From Candidatus Hydrogenedentota bacterium (lineage in GTDB: Bacteria > Hydrogenedentota > Hydrogenedentia > Hydrogenedentales > SLHB01): 64,000 nt of DNA. Made by a program: the position numbers and the translations under genes. The first letter of the stretch is position 1; each line of letters starts with the position of its first letter. Location: positions 1,504,001 to 1,568,000 of the forward strand of contig CAXXTH010000017.1 in assembly GCA_963668025.2 (NCBI GenBank). Direction: 5' to 3'. The notes below the pieces were generated by a model, which searched no databases, was not told the DNA's origin, and saw nothing but the letters and a program-made list of their open reading frames with translations. This document shows, piece by piece, positions 28,209 through 38,229 of the stretch.

Positions 28209-28507
28209 TAGATCCTGACATGACAAGCCTCCTTAATCTTGGTTTATCCTCGACACACCAAACATTAGAAGCCGTGCATTACCTTCTGTATAGCACACCT
28301 AGGCGCACCTGTCAAGAAGTTTTTTTCTCCATATAGCGAAGGCATTCACGGTGGATATAGTTCGGCTATTCGCGATGGGCGTTATGGGTTTGGGGGTAAG
28401 GATTTGGGGAGAGAGGCTAGGAGGAAATAGTTGACTTGTGTGCGGCTGGTGCAGATTTTGCGGGGGTGTATGGTGAATATGGTGGAAAGGAAAGCATACA
28501 GACAGAT

Positions 28508-28745
28508 ATTTTGACAGGATTAACAGGATTGGACAAAAGCGAACACCTTACGCTCCAGCTTCTAAAAGAAAAAAAGCGACCAATTCATATTCACGCAAAG
28601 CCGCAAAGCCGCAAAGACGCAAAGATCAACGGATAATAAGCAGTAATAACAGAGCTACACTTAATAATTATATATCGCTAGGGATTTCGTGGAGTAGGAT
28701 TGTTATTTATGAAAATCCTGTTCGTCTTGTTTGTCTTGTCTAAAA
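28508..28745. repeat. Cluster of short tandem and inverted repeats at the island border
   Basis: GACAGGATTAACAGGATT ... AATCCTGTTCGTCTTG; internal (CGCAAAGC/A)x4 at about 28594-28624. Confidence 0.55.
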
Positions 28746-28826
28746 GTTTTGATTCGCGCCGTGCGCCTTGCTAGGATCCGGGGATCTGCACGGCAACAGC
28801 GCCTGCAAGGCGCGGGGAGAAGGGCC

Positions 28827-29810
28827 ATGGCGAAGAAGCTGAGAATTGGATTCATTGGCGCGGGCGGCATTGCGGTGGGGCATTACCTGCGGCTGCATGA
28901 AACGAAGAAAGCGGAAGTGGCGGCCTTGACGGAGCCGAGTGAGGCGAGCCTCGAACGGTTTTGCGGGCATTGTGAGGGCGCGTCGAAACTGCCGGTGTAT
29001 GCGGATTACAAGGACATGCTGAAGCGTGAGGAGCTGGACGGGGTGATGATCGCCAGCCCGCACACGGTGCACTACGAGCAGATCAACGCCGCTCTCGCCA
29101 AGGGCCTCCATGTGTTGTCGGAAAAGCCGATGACATGCGCCATCAAGCATGCCAAGGCGCTGATCGATACGGCGCAGGCGGCGGGGAAGATTTTGATGAT
29201 CTCGTACCAGCGGCATTTTGATCCGCAGTTCCGTTATATGCGCACTCAGATCGCCAAAGGCAAAATCGGCGAGGTGCAGTTTGTCCAGGCGATTCAAGGG
29301 CAGGAATGGCTGCGGGCCACGAAGGGCACGTGGCGGCAGACGATGGCGCTGTCCGGCGGCGGCCAGTTGAATGATTCCGGCAGCCATTTGGTGGATATCG
29401 TCATGTGGGTGACGGGGATGAAGGTCAAGGAAGTTTTCGCGCAATCGGAGAACTTTGGGACGGAAGTGGATATTAACAGTACGCTGGCCATGACGTTCGA
29501 GAACGGGGCGCTGGGCAGCATGTCGGTGATTGGCAATGCGCCGCAGTATTTCGAGGACCACTCGATAGTGGGCAGCAAAGGCGCGCTCTATTTGCGCCAT
29601 GGCGCGGGGCTTATTCAGCAAAACGCCATGGGGGAAACGGTCGAGGTGAAGCTGCCGAAATATACGAAGAATCCCGACTCGAACTTCGTGGACTCGATTC
29701 TGGGTAAAGATGAGCCGCAGACACCGCCGGAGTGCGGCTTGCGCACCATCGAGGTGACGGAAGCGGCTTGGAAATCGGCGGCCTCGGGCAAGCCGGTCCG
29801 CGTGCCGTGA
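28827..29810 (+). CDS. Gfo/Idh/MocA family oxidoreductase
   Basis: RIGFIGAGGIA, HVLSEKPM, GGGQLNDSGSHLVD. Confidence 0.92.
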   Translation: MAKKLRIGFIGAGGIAVGHYLRLHETKKAEVAALTEPSEASLERFCGHCEGASKLPVYADYKDMLKREELDGVMIASPHTVHYEQINAALAKGLHVLSEKPMTCAIKHAKALIDTAQAAGKILMISYQRHFDPQFRYMRTQIAKGKIGEVQFVQAIQGQEWLRATKGTWRQTMALSGGGQLNDSGSHLVDIVMWVTGMKVKEVFAQSENFGTEVDINSTLAMTFENGALGSMSVIGNAPQYFEDHSIVGSKGALYLRHGAGLIQQNAMGETVEVKLPKYTKNPDSNFVDSILGKDEPQTPPECGLRTIEVTEAAWKSAASGKPVRVP

Positions 29811-29946
29811 GTTAGGTTGAAATCGAGGGCTGTGCTGGGGAAGCTTAAACGGTTTCCCCAGTGTTGTTTCATCGCGCGGCGCAGCCGCAACCAAAGATCC
29901 GGATTTATAGACCACGAAATACATGAAATACACTAAAATCTGAAGC

Positions 29947-29968
29947 GTAGGGTGGGGCTTGCCCCACC
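29947..29968. repeat. GTAG-type REP, second family
   Basis: GTAGGGTGGGGCTTGCCCCACC. Confidence 0.6.
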
Positions 29969-30122
29969 GTTCAAAGGATGCATCCGCCAAAATACTATGT
30001 AAAATCGTATGTTCTAACCAGTTAATACATATGGGCTTTCCAATAGAATCTTCTCAAAAAAACAACATTTTTGCGGCTAGTAGTACGGAAACGGATGGCG
30101 TGCGATTCGAGGATTCATACCC

Positions 30123-32165
30123 ATGACCGGTTGCTTGTTTTTCTTGGCCATTCAGGTGCTAGGCGCGGACCCGCCAGGCGCGGCGGATTATCTAGCGGGA
30201 CGCCAGGCGCTCGAATCGGCGCGGTATGGGGACGCCATGGACGCGTTCACGCGTTGCGCGGAAACGGGCGGCTTGCTGTCTTCCTATGCATCGGTACAGG
30301 CAGCGGTATGCCGGACTCGTGGCGGCGATATAGAGGGCGGCATATCAGCGCTGAAGGCCCTCGCGGAACAGCAGCCTGTCGGCCCTTGGACGCGCCAGGC
30401 AAAGGCGGAATTGGCCGCCGCGCTCAAAAACGCGAACCGCCATGGCGAAGCGGCCCGCTATTATGCTGAAGTGTTGCCGGAGAAAGTGCGTCCTTCTTGG
30501 ATGGATGAATACCGCTGGGCGCTCGCGGAGTGCCAAGTGGCGGAGCCCGCATCCATGGCGGCGGGATTCGTCGCCTACCGGGAGTTGCTTTCGGGGGCGC
30601 GTTACCGGAGCAAGCGCATCGAGGCGGCCTCGAAGCTGGCGCTGTCGCCCGATATCGAGGACCGGTTTATCGCCGCCGAGGCGTTTGTGGAAAATGGCGA
30701 ATACACGCTTGCGGGCCGCTTGCTCGTGTTGTTGATGGTGCTTGCGCCTGTCCCGGAAGGTGAGACTGCGGCGCGCCTCAAGTATATCCAAGGGCGCGTG
30801 CTGCTCAATACCGGAGACGCCGCGCAAGGGCGCATCGTGCTCGAATCCGTGAGCAGGGATTTTCCAGCGAGCCCATGGGCGGCGAAGGCGGAAGCATGCC
30901 GGGTGCGGAGCCTGTTTGATGACCCGGATCCGGCGGCGGCCATAGTGGCGCTGGATGCGTTTGTGAACGCCCATCCAGGCCTGGAAGAGACGGGAGGCCT
31001 GCTCTGGTGGCGGGCGCGGCGCTTGCTCGAACAAGAAAAGCCGCTGGAAGCGGCGGAACAATATGGCCGTTTGGCGGGGCTTTGCCCTAATTATTCTTTG
31101 GCGGATGAAGCGCTTCTTAAGCAAGGAGATTTGCTTCGTGCTGCGAACCGCCCAAAAGAAGCCCGTGACGCCTATGAATGGCTTGTGAAGCATTACCCGC
31201 AGAGCAAGCGTGTCCCCGAGGCCCTGTTTTGGGCGGGACGGCTGTATGAAGCGGCGGCGCAGCCGGAACAGGCCATCGAGGCCTTCACCAAGGCGGCTGG
31301 CGGGCCTCTAGGCGATTTCTATGTGCATCGCGCATTGGAGCGGCTGCATGCATTGGGCAAAGGCGAAGGCGTTGCGGGCGACAGCTTGCCCGTGGCGGGC
31401 CGTGAACCGTTTTTATGTCTTCGAGCGATGGCGGCGTCAGAGCCAGCCGCCGCAGGGGAGAATATTCCCGATTGGCGGCAGCGCTTGGTCTTTTTCGGCT
31501 ATAACGGGCTTGATGAAGCGGAATGGGAAGCGCTGGACTTAGGCCAGCAATTGGAAGCCAGTCCCAATACAGCCGCCTTGCTCGAAGCAATGGGAGAGGC
31601 GGGTGTGGGGGCTTCTGCGATGGAATATGCGAAAATTCTAGAGTGGGGCGAGAATCCGGACGGCAGTTATACGCCCGGGCGGCTGCGTGTCGAGTTTCCC
31701 CGCGCGTATTGGCCCATGGTGCGGAAGGCCGCCAAGGAAACCAATATGGACCCCTATTTGCTGTTGGGCGTGGCGCGGCAGGAAAGCCTGTTCCGCGCGG
31801 GCGCGGTGTCGTCGGTGGGCGCTACGGGAGTCATGCAATTAATGCCCGCGACGGCGGAATGGCTGGCGAAGAAGGAGCCAGCCCTGGGGCCCGAAGTGGC
31901 GGGCCATCTCGAACAGCCGGAACACTCCTTGCGCATGGGCGCGCATTATTTGAGGCGGATGCTGGACCGTGAAGATGGAAATATCGCTTATGCGGCGGGG
32001 GCCTACAATGCAGGGCCCGGAAATGTGGGCAAGTGGCGGAAGGCCCAGCCCGGGCAGGAGCTCGAAAAATTCATCGAGGAAATCCCTTTTTCCGAAACGC
32101 ACGGTTTTGTGTGCAAGGTGCTGGGCAATTACGCCGCATACCGGTCGTTGTACGCGGACCGTTGA
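30123..32165 (+). CDS. Soluble lytic transglycosylase with TPR repeats (Slt-like)
   Basis: ARQESLF, GATGVMQLMPATA, AYNAGPG, IPFSETHGFV; TPR helices in the N-terminal part. Confidence 0.92.
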   Translation: MTGCLFFLAIQVLGADPPGAADYLAGRQALESARYGDAMDAFTRCAETGGLLSSYASVQAAVCRTRGGDIEGGISALKALAEQQPVGPWTRQAKAELAAALKNANRHGEAARYYAEVLPEKVRPSWMDEYRWALAECQVAEPASMAAGFVAYRELLSGARYRSKRIEAASKLALSPDIEDRFIAAEAFVENGEYTLAGRLLVLLMVLAPVPEGETAARLKYIQGRVLLNTGDAAQGRIVLESVSRDFPASPWAAKAEACRVRSLFDDPDPAAAIVALDAFVNAHPGLEETGGLLWWRARRLLEQEKPLEAAEQYGRLAGLCPNYSLADEALLKQGDLLRAANRPKEARDAYEWLVKHYPQSKRVPEALFWAGRLYEAAAQPEQAIEAFTKAAGGPLGDFYVHRALERLHALGKGEGVAGDSLPVAGREPFLCLRAMAASEPAAAGENIPDWRQRLVFFGYNGLDEAEWEALDLGQQLEASPNTAALLEAMGEAGVGASAMEYAKILEWGENPDGSYTPGRLRVEFPRAYWPMVRKAAKETNMDPYLLLGVARQESLFRAGAVSSVGATGVMQLMPATAEWLAKKEPALGPEVAGHLEQPEHSLRMGAHYLRRMLDREDGNIAYAAGAYNAGPGNVGKWRKAQPGQELEKFIEEIPFSETHGFVCKVLGNYAAYRSLYADR

Positions 32166-32364
32166 GCAGGCTAACTCATCGGGGCGTTTGGTGTTATGAA
32201 GGGCTTCATGGTATCGTATAGTGTTCGTGCGCGCTATGGCGCGTATGGAAAAATCCAGAGGCAAGTTAATCTCTTGACAGAACACGCGAAATCAGCCGTG
32301 GTGTAAATAAAGCAAGAAGTGCTTAAATCATTGCGCTGGTATGAATTGCGCTCCCTGGTGTTTA

Positions 32365-32394
32365 TTGACAGGCTCTTTTTTTCTGTGATATAAG
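32365..32394 (+). promoter_or_regulatory. Sigma-70-type promoter
   Basis: TTGACA-18 bp-TATAAG with TGn extension. Confidence 0.55.
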
Positions 32395-32562
32395 GATTGT
32401 GAAGCCGTATAGTGGGTGAAGGGCGTTTTCTCAGTGGCCCTTTGAACGGTATTCGAGAGCATTTCCATGGGCTGTATGTGAGGAGTCTTGAGCGGAGTGT
32501 TAAGTTTTTCCTTGAGACGCTTACACGGGAAGGACAGCATGCAGAGGGTGTATTGAACAGCG

Positions 32563-32603
32563 CGCTCCCGGGCATTCGAGCCCAGGAGCGGTTTTTTGTT
32601 TTT
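32563..32603 (+). terminator. Intrinsic terminator in the 5' leader of the giant surface protein gene
   Basis: CGCTCCCGGGC-ATTCGA-GCCCAGGAGCG then GTTTTTTGTTTTT, ending just before the GGAGGT RBS. Confidence 0.7.
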
Positions 32604-32621
32604 CTTTGGAGGTGATCGACC

Positions 32622-35600
32622 GTGGACCGAAAAACTGGCGTTTGGAATGTAATGCAGTGGATGGCGTTGCTGGTTATGCTGGCCTTTTGCGCCCCATGGG
32701 CGGCCTTCGCACAAGATGAGGAAGCGCCTGCGGCCGCGTCGCTGACCTTCGAAGATATGGTGAGCGGGCATGACACCGAGTGTCTGCTGCCGCTTAATAA
32801 CTGGGTGCCGCTGTTCCGGCTTGATTTCAAGACCGAAGGCGGAACGCGGTATCTGCGCAGTATTTCGTATCATATGCTGGGTGATCAGCATCCGCTAGAC
32901 CGGGCTTTTGATATTACGACAAGTTTGTTACCTGAACATATCTATGAATTTGGCTGGATTCAGGAAGGCAAAGGCGCGGGCCAAGACGGTTATGATGAGG
33001 TCGGCGATAGCGACCGATTGTTGTACGTATGGGATAACCGCGGGTATCCCTACATGGACTCCGAAATGGAAGTCGGGGAATCTGGCACCTTAGATTATAA
33101 GATTAAATTCCCCATCCCGAGTATCGTTACTCATCCTGAGCTAGATACTTCCAGTGTGGATTACGAGCCGGGCGTCATAGCAGGTGGCGGCGATAACGGC
33201 TATCGGTATTATTTGTGTGTCCGTACATCCGCGCTTTGGTACAACACGCTGTCTCTCAGTTATTACATGACTGGGGCGACCTGGACAGGTGATCCAAAAG
33301 AGTGGATGGGTGCAACGTATATTTTAGAACCTGAAACCGGTATTCCCGTGAGTGTGGGTGAAGATGGTTATACGATGGTAGACTCCATATCTCCGGGATT
33401 TCCAGATGGCGGGTTGGAGTTTTTTGAGGATCCGTTGAATCTGCCGGACGGCGGTGGAGCGGGGTATGCCTCTAGTTTTGCCGTCTACGATATCACCGGC
33501 GGGTTGAATGAAACTCAGTCCGCTGTTCAGACAAATTCGTGGATTCATCCCAATAAATTGTATACGCCATTGGCGGAGTATACCCGTCCTCGCTGGGATA
33601 AAAGCCTTACCGCAACAGATTTTGTCACCGGGGAATGGCTTCAGTTGCGAAAAGTGTTCAGCGTGGAATCATGGCGGTCTGTTCTTGGCTTGGATCTCCA
33701 TAATACTACTACAACCGCACGCGAGATTGTGCCTCGAAGTAAATTGGTTGATGGCCTGCCCGTGGATGCTCCCGAAGCGGTAGGGAGAATTCAATACATT
33801 ACTGGTGGTGAGGATGAGGTGCCTCTTACTGCTAGTTCTGTTTATCTGTATAATGTGGATGGCGCGTATCCTAAAGAAATCAATCTGGTCATGACAGATG
33901 AGGGCGCGGATCCCCTCGGCTTGCCAGGAAACGGCGGATTAGATCCCACTGAGGGATTGGATAACATTCTTTATAATGTCGCCACGCCTGGAGGAAACGT
34001 TGATGTGACCAAGGCGTATGGAAAAGACTCCGGATTTAACGGGGTTTGGTTATGGCGCGATTCTAACAATAACTTTCTTTTTGATCCTCCGATCCCCTCT
34101 GCTGCAGCGGGGGGAACTTTCAATGGAGACTATCCGTCGATGCCAGGAACTCTTGGCATAGATGATGATCTAAACCATCTATTTTATATGCCGCCTCAAA
34201 CGGATTTATGGTGGCAGTATGTCGCCTATCCTCCAGGAGGAGGCGCTCCATGGTGGCGTATTAAATTGGTGTTTGAAAATAACCGCGAAAGCGGTGGCGG
34301 CCGCATGGAGCCTATCACTGATGGCGACCATAATTTGGTGCCAAATGCCCTCTTCGCGGATTATTTCATCGTAGTCCGTGGTGATAGTGGCTATATGGAT
34401 TCTTCCAGTGTTCCTGCCGATGGCGTGGGTATGACGCCAGGCGCGGATACTAAAGTATTTATCGAGCCAAGATGGACGACAACGGCTGATGATGCGGAGA
34501 ATGTCCCGGATGGCCAGCGCGACTTAGGAGGAATGCTGGTTACCTCGCAGATACCAGCGCAAGATTATGTGTATTGGTCTGAGCATCCTTCATTGGATCC
34601 AACTTATAAATATGATGAGACAGATAACAGCCGTGTGAAGTGGATAGGCGAGCCATGGTGGCCGGAACGCACGCATGGAAAAGAGAATGTCAAGCCGATC
34701 TCCTTCAATATTGATGTGCATGATTTGACTATGACATTTGAATCAAATAGTACATACAGCACATCGAGCGGAGTTCAGATTGGCACCAGGTATGACCCGA
34801 TTTCGGATGTTGATTATATTGGCGGAGAAGGATTCGGTGTCCCGGACTTTATAACATCCGATACTTATGCGGAAAACAGGATTTATTTTACCTCATGGTT
34901 CTCCAAGTGGTTTGATCCTTTCGCCGCAAAGGCATTTAAGTTTTATTATCCTTATGCCCTCGGAGTCGATTCGTGGAGGTTTGATTATGTTGGTCCGGAT
35001 GATTCAGAGAATGGCGCATTCCAATTGCCGTTTGAAACGGTTCCGTTCCTGAATCCCTTGGATCTGCTTGCGGGCCAGCGTCGTTCTAGTTGGTATCCTG
35101 CTCCGCCCGCGCAGCCATCTGTTCCGTTGTATCAGACATGGCCGCTTGGAAATTATTATGATGTGAATCCTTCCCAGAGTGTTTTGGATCCGGATCAGTA
35201 TCCTCGATTTACGGATTGGTACGGGTTTGATCGCTCGACGCGCTTGCTGGAGCAGCATGTCGAGTCGGACAGCGAGCCGACGGCGATGCTTGGGCTTAAT
35301 CTAGCGGGCGCCAATGACCCGGTGACGCTTCAATATGCCGTGCCTAAATTAGAACAAATCACGATTGCCCTCTGGGGCCCGGATATGGATGGCGATGGCG
35401 AAAGTGATTTCACCCCGAGCGATCTAGAATCCCTCGTTTCCAATGGGCTTTCCTCTGCCTCAGGCGTTGCGTTGTATGAGGATACGGATGGCACGGGCAC
35501 CTTTACCGATTTAGATTCCCTTGTGCAGCTTAATGGCCTTTCCTGGTCGGCGGCGCCGGAATATGTGGACGCGGATGGCGATCAAGTATCGGATGATCTG

Positions 35601-38135
35601 ACCAAAGACGGTGTTTTGGATGATTTGGATAAGGCTTGGGTGCTTCGTCTGCGCCTCTATCGCACGTGGACGCTGCCGCTAGAAGACGCCAACAACGATC
35701 CCACGTATGGGACAGCCACTTCAACCACTACCTCGGCCAAATCGCGGACGGCTTCCGAGGATTCCTCAGATGGTTTGCCGGTAAACGCGCAAATAGTAGG
35801 GGAAGTGGAATCTCCCGATTCCGCCAAGCCCGTGCAGACCTTGGATCTGAAAGATAATAACACCAAGGCGATTACACCAGATGTGTTAGCGGGAAATTCG
35901 GGCGACGATCTGTTCATGGTGGTGACGACATCGGATTCTATTACCCGTTTCGATCAGTTTAAGATGATCATTCCGGCGACACTGCCGGAACGGCCTTCTT
36001 ATGATGCCGAGGGCGGAATTCAGTTTTCACCAGGCGCTGTTCCCGCTCTTTCATCGTATGCCCCCACCCATCCGGAAGAAGTGGCGACTTCCAGGCAGGG
36101 TTTCTATGAGTATAGTTTGCTCAAGACAAATGTCCCGGCCAAGGTGTCGCCTCTTACCCTTTCCGATCAAACCCTCACGAATGACGGCGAGCCGCTGGCC
36201 GTGCTGGGCGTTGATTTGTCCACCAACCGGGGTTCGAGCGCCATTTTGGCGAAAGGTTCGCAGGGTGTAGGTTCCGTGGGCGCTTTTGATGTGGCGACGG
36301 TGTCTTGGACGCAGGATGCATTCGCGGGCAAGTGGCTGGTGGATTCCGGGTACAAATCGTATCAAATCACGGGCAACTCCGCGCAGCAGTTGGCCTTGCT
36401 TTCGGGCGAACCAGCTTCCGGCGCGTGGTATATCGTGAAAGAGCCGACGTTCTTCGAGCAGCTTATTGTCGAGCTCTATGACCAAAATACGACAACAGGC
36501 CCCGCTTTCAACATTGATCGCAGCCTCCTTCCGCTGCAACTTGATCAGACGCAGAGCGGTATGGCGTTGTACCGCGATAATGATAATGACCCTGAGAACC
36601 AGAATGGCGTGTTTGATCCGGATATTGACATTCCTGTTGAGCTCGATTATACGCCGTACCTAATTGGCCAAGGCAATGCGGGTGAGCCTGGCGTTCAGGT
36701 GATGTTTGTCTTCTCATCTCCAGGTACGGATAATTGGGGCGTGAAGGATGGCGCGGCGCAAACGTATCCGCTGGCCGACCAGCCCACTCGCAGGCAGATT
36801 GTTCCGGAAACATTTGGAACAGTGTCCAGTGATCCAGATGCAGGGGACGATTTCTTCGTGGTCCTGCGCGGAGCGTCTTACTCGGATGCCGTAGGCTCGA
36901 GTTTCGCTGCCGCGATTGTTGGAATGGGACCGAGTACGCCGACCTTGCCGGATCCGGATACCTTCCCGCCGCCTTCCTTGAGCCAATCGAACGAGTTCGA
37001 CCGGTTCGATGAATTCCCGTGGGGATATCGCGCACTAGGATTCATCAGCTTCTTCGAGAACATTCGGAGCTATGATACGGAAGACTATAACCCGTACTCC
37101 TGGGTGCGCTCTCGTAGCAATAAATCCGTGGAGACAGGCGCTATTACGGTTGCGCGCGCCACGGCCAAACCGGTGACCATTACCTCCGTGTCGCCTTCCA
37201 CCATAACTTCCCCGATCCAAGACGCCGGCGTTGAGTTGACCATTATCGGCACGAACTTCGGCACAGCGCCGTATGTGCTGTTGAACGCAACGGCGCTGAC
37301 CGTATCGGAATCCTCCGATACGGAAATTACGGCGACTATTCCGGGCAACTCGACCTTGTCGGCTCCGTTGGTGCTGACGGTGACCAATACCGTGACTGGT
37401 GTAGCGGGGTCGTATGATGATCTCACTTTGATCGTGTCGGGTGATGGGGATGGAGACGGCGACGGAGACGGCGATGGCGATGGCGACGGGGATGGAGATG
37501 GCGACGGAGATGGAGATGGCGACGGAGATGGGGACGGCGATGGGGATACCGATGAAATCCCGGCCATCTTCCAAGTGACCCCCAGTTCGGGCACATCGAG
37601 TGTGTTCCCGGTGTCGATTCTCGGCGCACGGTTCGCGGAGCCGACCGTCTATTTTGGCACGACTCTGATGCCGGTCAGTTCGTGGACCACGACCAAAATC
37701 GTGGTCGCTTTCCCGCTGGCAGGATTGCCCACCACTGGCACCCTGGACGTGAAAGTGATAAACAGCGCGACTACTAAGAGTGCTACGCTAACGGGTGGAT
37801 TCACTTATGTGAATAATCCCGGCACAGTCAGCCCATGCTTCATCGCCACGGCGGCGTACGGCACACCCTTCACGAAGCATTTGGACACCTTCCGCGGTTT
37901 CCGCGATAACGTATTGCTGAAGAATGAGCTGGGTGCGGCGTTCGTGGAATGGTATTATACGGCAAGCCCAGGCGTAGCGGATGCCGTGGCGGAGCGGCCG
38001 GTATTGGGCTGGGCAGTACGGGCCTTGCTAACGCCAGTGGCGTGGCTGCTCGAGTGGCCGATGCTGGCAGGGCTGGTGTTTGCGCCGATGGCCATGGGGT
38101 TATGGCTCCGGAAGCGGGCGAAGTCCATTCAATAG
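32622..38135 (+). CDS. 1837-aa secreted surface protein: repeated large acidic domains, two IPT/TIG domains, (GD)18 linker, CFI-box-CTERM
   Basis: Signal peptide (AFA-Q); ITSVSPS...GTNFG and QVTPSSG...GARF IPT starts; PCFIATAAYGTP...FRDNVLL...FVEWYYTASP, then TM and RKRAK. Confidence 0.85.
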   Translation: MDRKTGVWNVMQWMALLVMLAFCAPWAAFAQDEEAPAAASLTFEDMVSGHDTECLLPLNNWVPLFRLDFKTEGGTRYLRSISYHMLGDQHPLDRAFDITTSLLPEHIYEFGWIQEGKGAGQDGYDEVGDSDRLLYVWDNRGYPYMDSEMEVGESGTLDYKIKFPIPSIVTHPELDTSSVDYEPGVIAGGGDNGYRYYLCVRTSALWYNTLSLSYYMTGATWTGDPKEWMGATYILEPETGIPVSVGEDGYTMVDSISPGFPDGGLEFFEDPLNLPDGGGAGYASSFAVYDITGGLNETQSAVQTNSWIHPNKLYTPLAEYTRPRWDKSLTATDFVTGEWLQLRKVFSVESWRSVLGLDLHNTTTTAREIVPRSKLVDGLPVDAPEAVGRIQYITGGEDEVPLTASSVYLYNVDGAYPKEINLVMTDEGADPLGLPGNGGLDPTEGLDNILYNVATPGGNVDVTKAYGKDSGFNGVWLWRDSNNNFLFDPPIPSAAAGGTFNGDYPSMPGTLGIDDDLNHLFYMPPQTDLWWQYVAYPPGGGAPWWRIKLVFENNRESGGGRMEPITDGDHNLVPNALFADYFIVVRGDSGYMDSSSVPADGVGMTPGADTKVFIEPRWTTTADDAENVPDGQRDLGGMLVTSQIPAQDYVYWSEHPSLDPTYKYDETDNSRVKWIGEPWWPERTHGKENVKPISFNIDVHDLTMTFESNSTYSTSSGVQIGTRYDPISDVDYIGGEGFGVPDFITSDTYAENRIYFTSWFSKWFDPFAAKAFKFYYPYALGVDSWRFDYVGPDDSENGAFQLPFETVPFLNPLDLLAGQRRSSWYPAPPAQPSVPLYQTWPLGNYYDVNPSQSVLDPDQYPRFTDWYGFDRSTRLLEQHVESDSEPTAMLGLNLAGANDPVTLQYAVPKLEQITIALWGPDMDGDGESDFTPSDLESLVSNGLSSASGVALYEDTDGTGTFTDLDSLVQLNGLSWSAAPEYVDADGDQVSDDLTKDGVLDDLDKAWVLRLRLYRTWTLPLEDANNDPTYGTATSTTTSAKSRTASEDSSDGLPVNAQIVGEVESPDSAKPVQTLDLKDNNTKAITPDVLAGNSGDDLFMVVTTSDSITRFDQFKMIIPATLPERPSYDAEGGIQFSPGAVPALSSYAPTHPEEVATSRQGFYEYSLLKTNVPAKVSPLTLSDQTLTNDGEPLAVLGVDLSTNRGSSAILAKGSQGVGSVGAFDVATVSWTQDAFAGKWLVDSGYKSYQITGNSAQQLALLSGEPASGAWYIVKEPTFFEQLIVELYDQNTTTGPAFNIDRSLLPLQLDQTQSGMALYRDNDNDPENQNGVFDPDIDIPVELDYTPYLIGQGNAGEPGVQVMFVFSSPGTDNWGVKDGAAQTYPLADQPTRRQIVPETFGTVSSDPDAGDDFFVVLRGASYSDAVGSSFAAAIVGMGPSTPTLPDPDTFPPPSLSQSNEFDRFDEFPWGYRALGFISFFENIRSYDTEDYNPYSWVRSRSNKSVETGAITVARATAKPVTITSVSPSTITSPIQDAGVELTIIGTNFGTAPYVLLNATALTVSESSDTEITATIPGNSTLSAPLVLTVTNTVTGVAGSYDDLTLIVSGDGDGDGDGDGDGDGDGDGDGDGDGDGDGDGDGDGDTDEIPAIFQVTPSSGTSSVFPVSILGARFAEPTVYFGTTLMPVSSWTTTKIVVAFPLAGLPTTGTLDVKVINSATTKSATLTGGFTYVNNPGTVSPCFIATAAYGTPFTKHLDTFRGFRDNVLLKNELGAAFVEWYYTASPGVADAVAERPVLGWAVRALLTPVAWLLEWPMLAGLVFAPMAMGLWLRKRAKSIQ
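37440..37547 (+). repeat. GGNGAY hexamer x18 encoding (Gly-Asp)18
   Basis: Counted directly from the DNA; synonymous variation among units. Confidence 0.9.
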
Positions 38136-38229
38136 AGGGATATGCGTTAGGCGGTTCGATCTAGCGGATGCGGATACCGGGGGGCTGCGCACGGCGCGGC
38201 CCTCTAGGATACGATGAAGGAGTGGATAC

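Noticed and set aside
28508-28745. Possible CRISPR or attachment site at the island edge
   Set aside because: Repeats are 8-9 nt with no spacers, and no cas, integrase or tRNA is nearby.
37085-37629. (Ser-Pro)n and His/Arg-repeat ORFs on the minus strand
   Set aside because: Antisense readings of the (GD)18 repeat.
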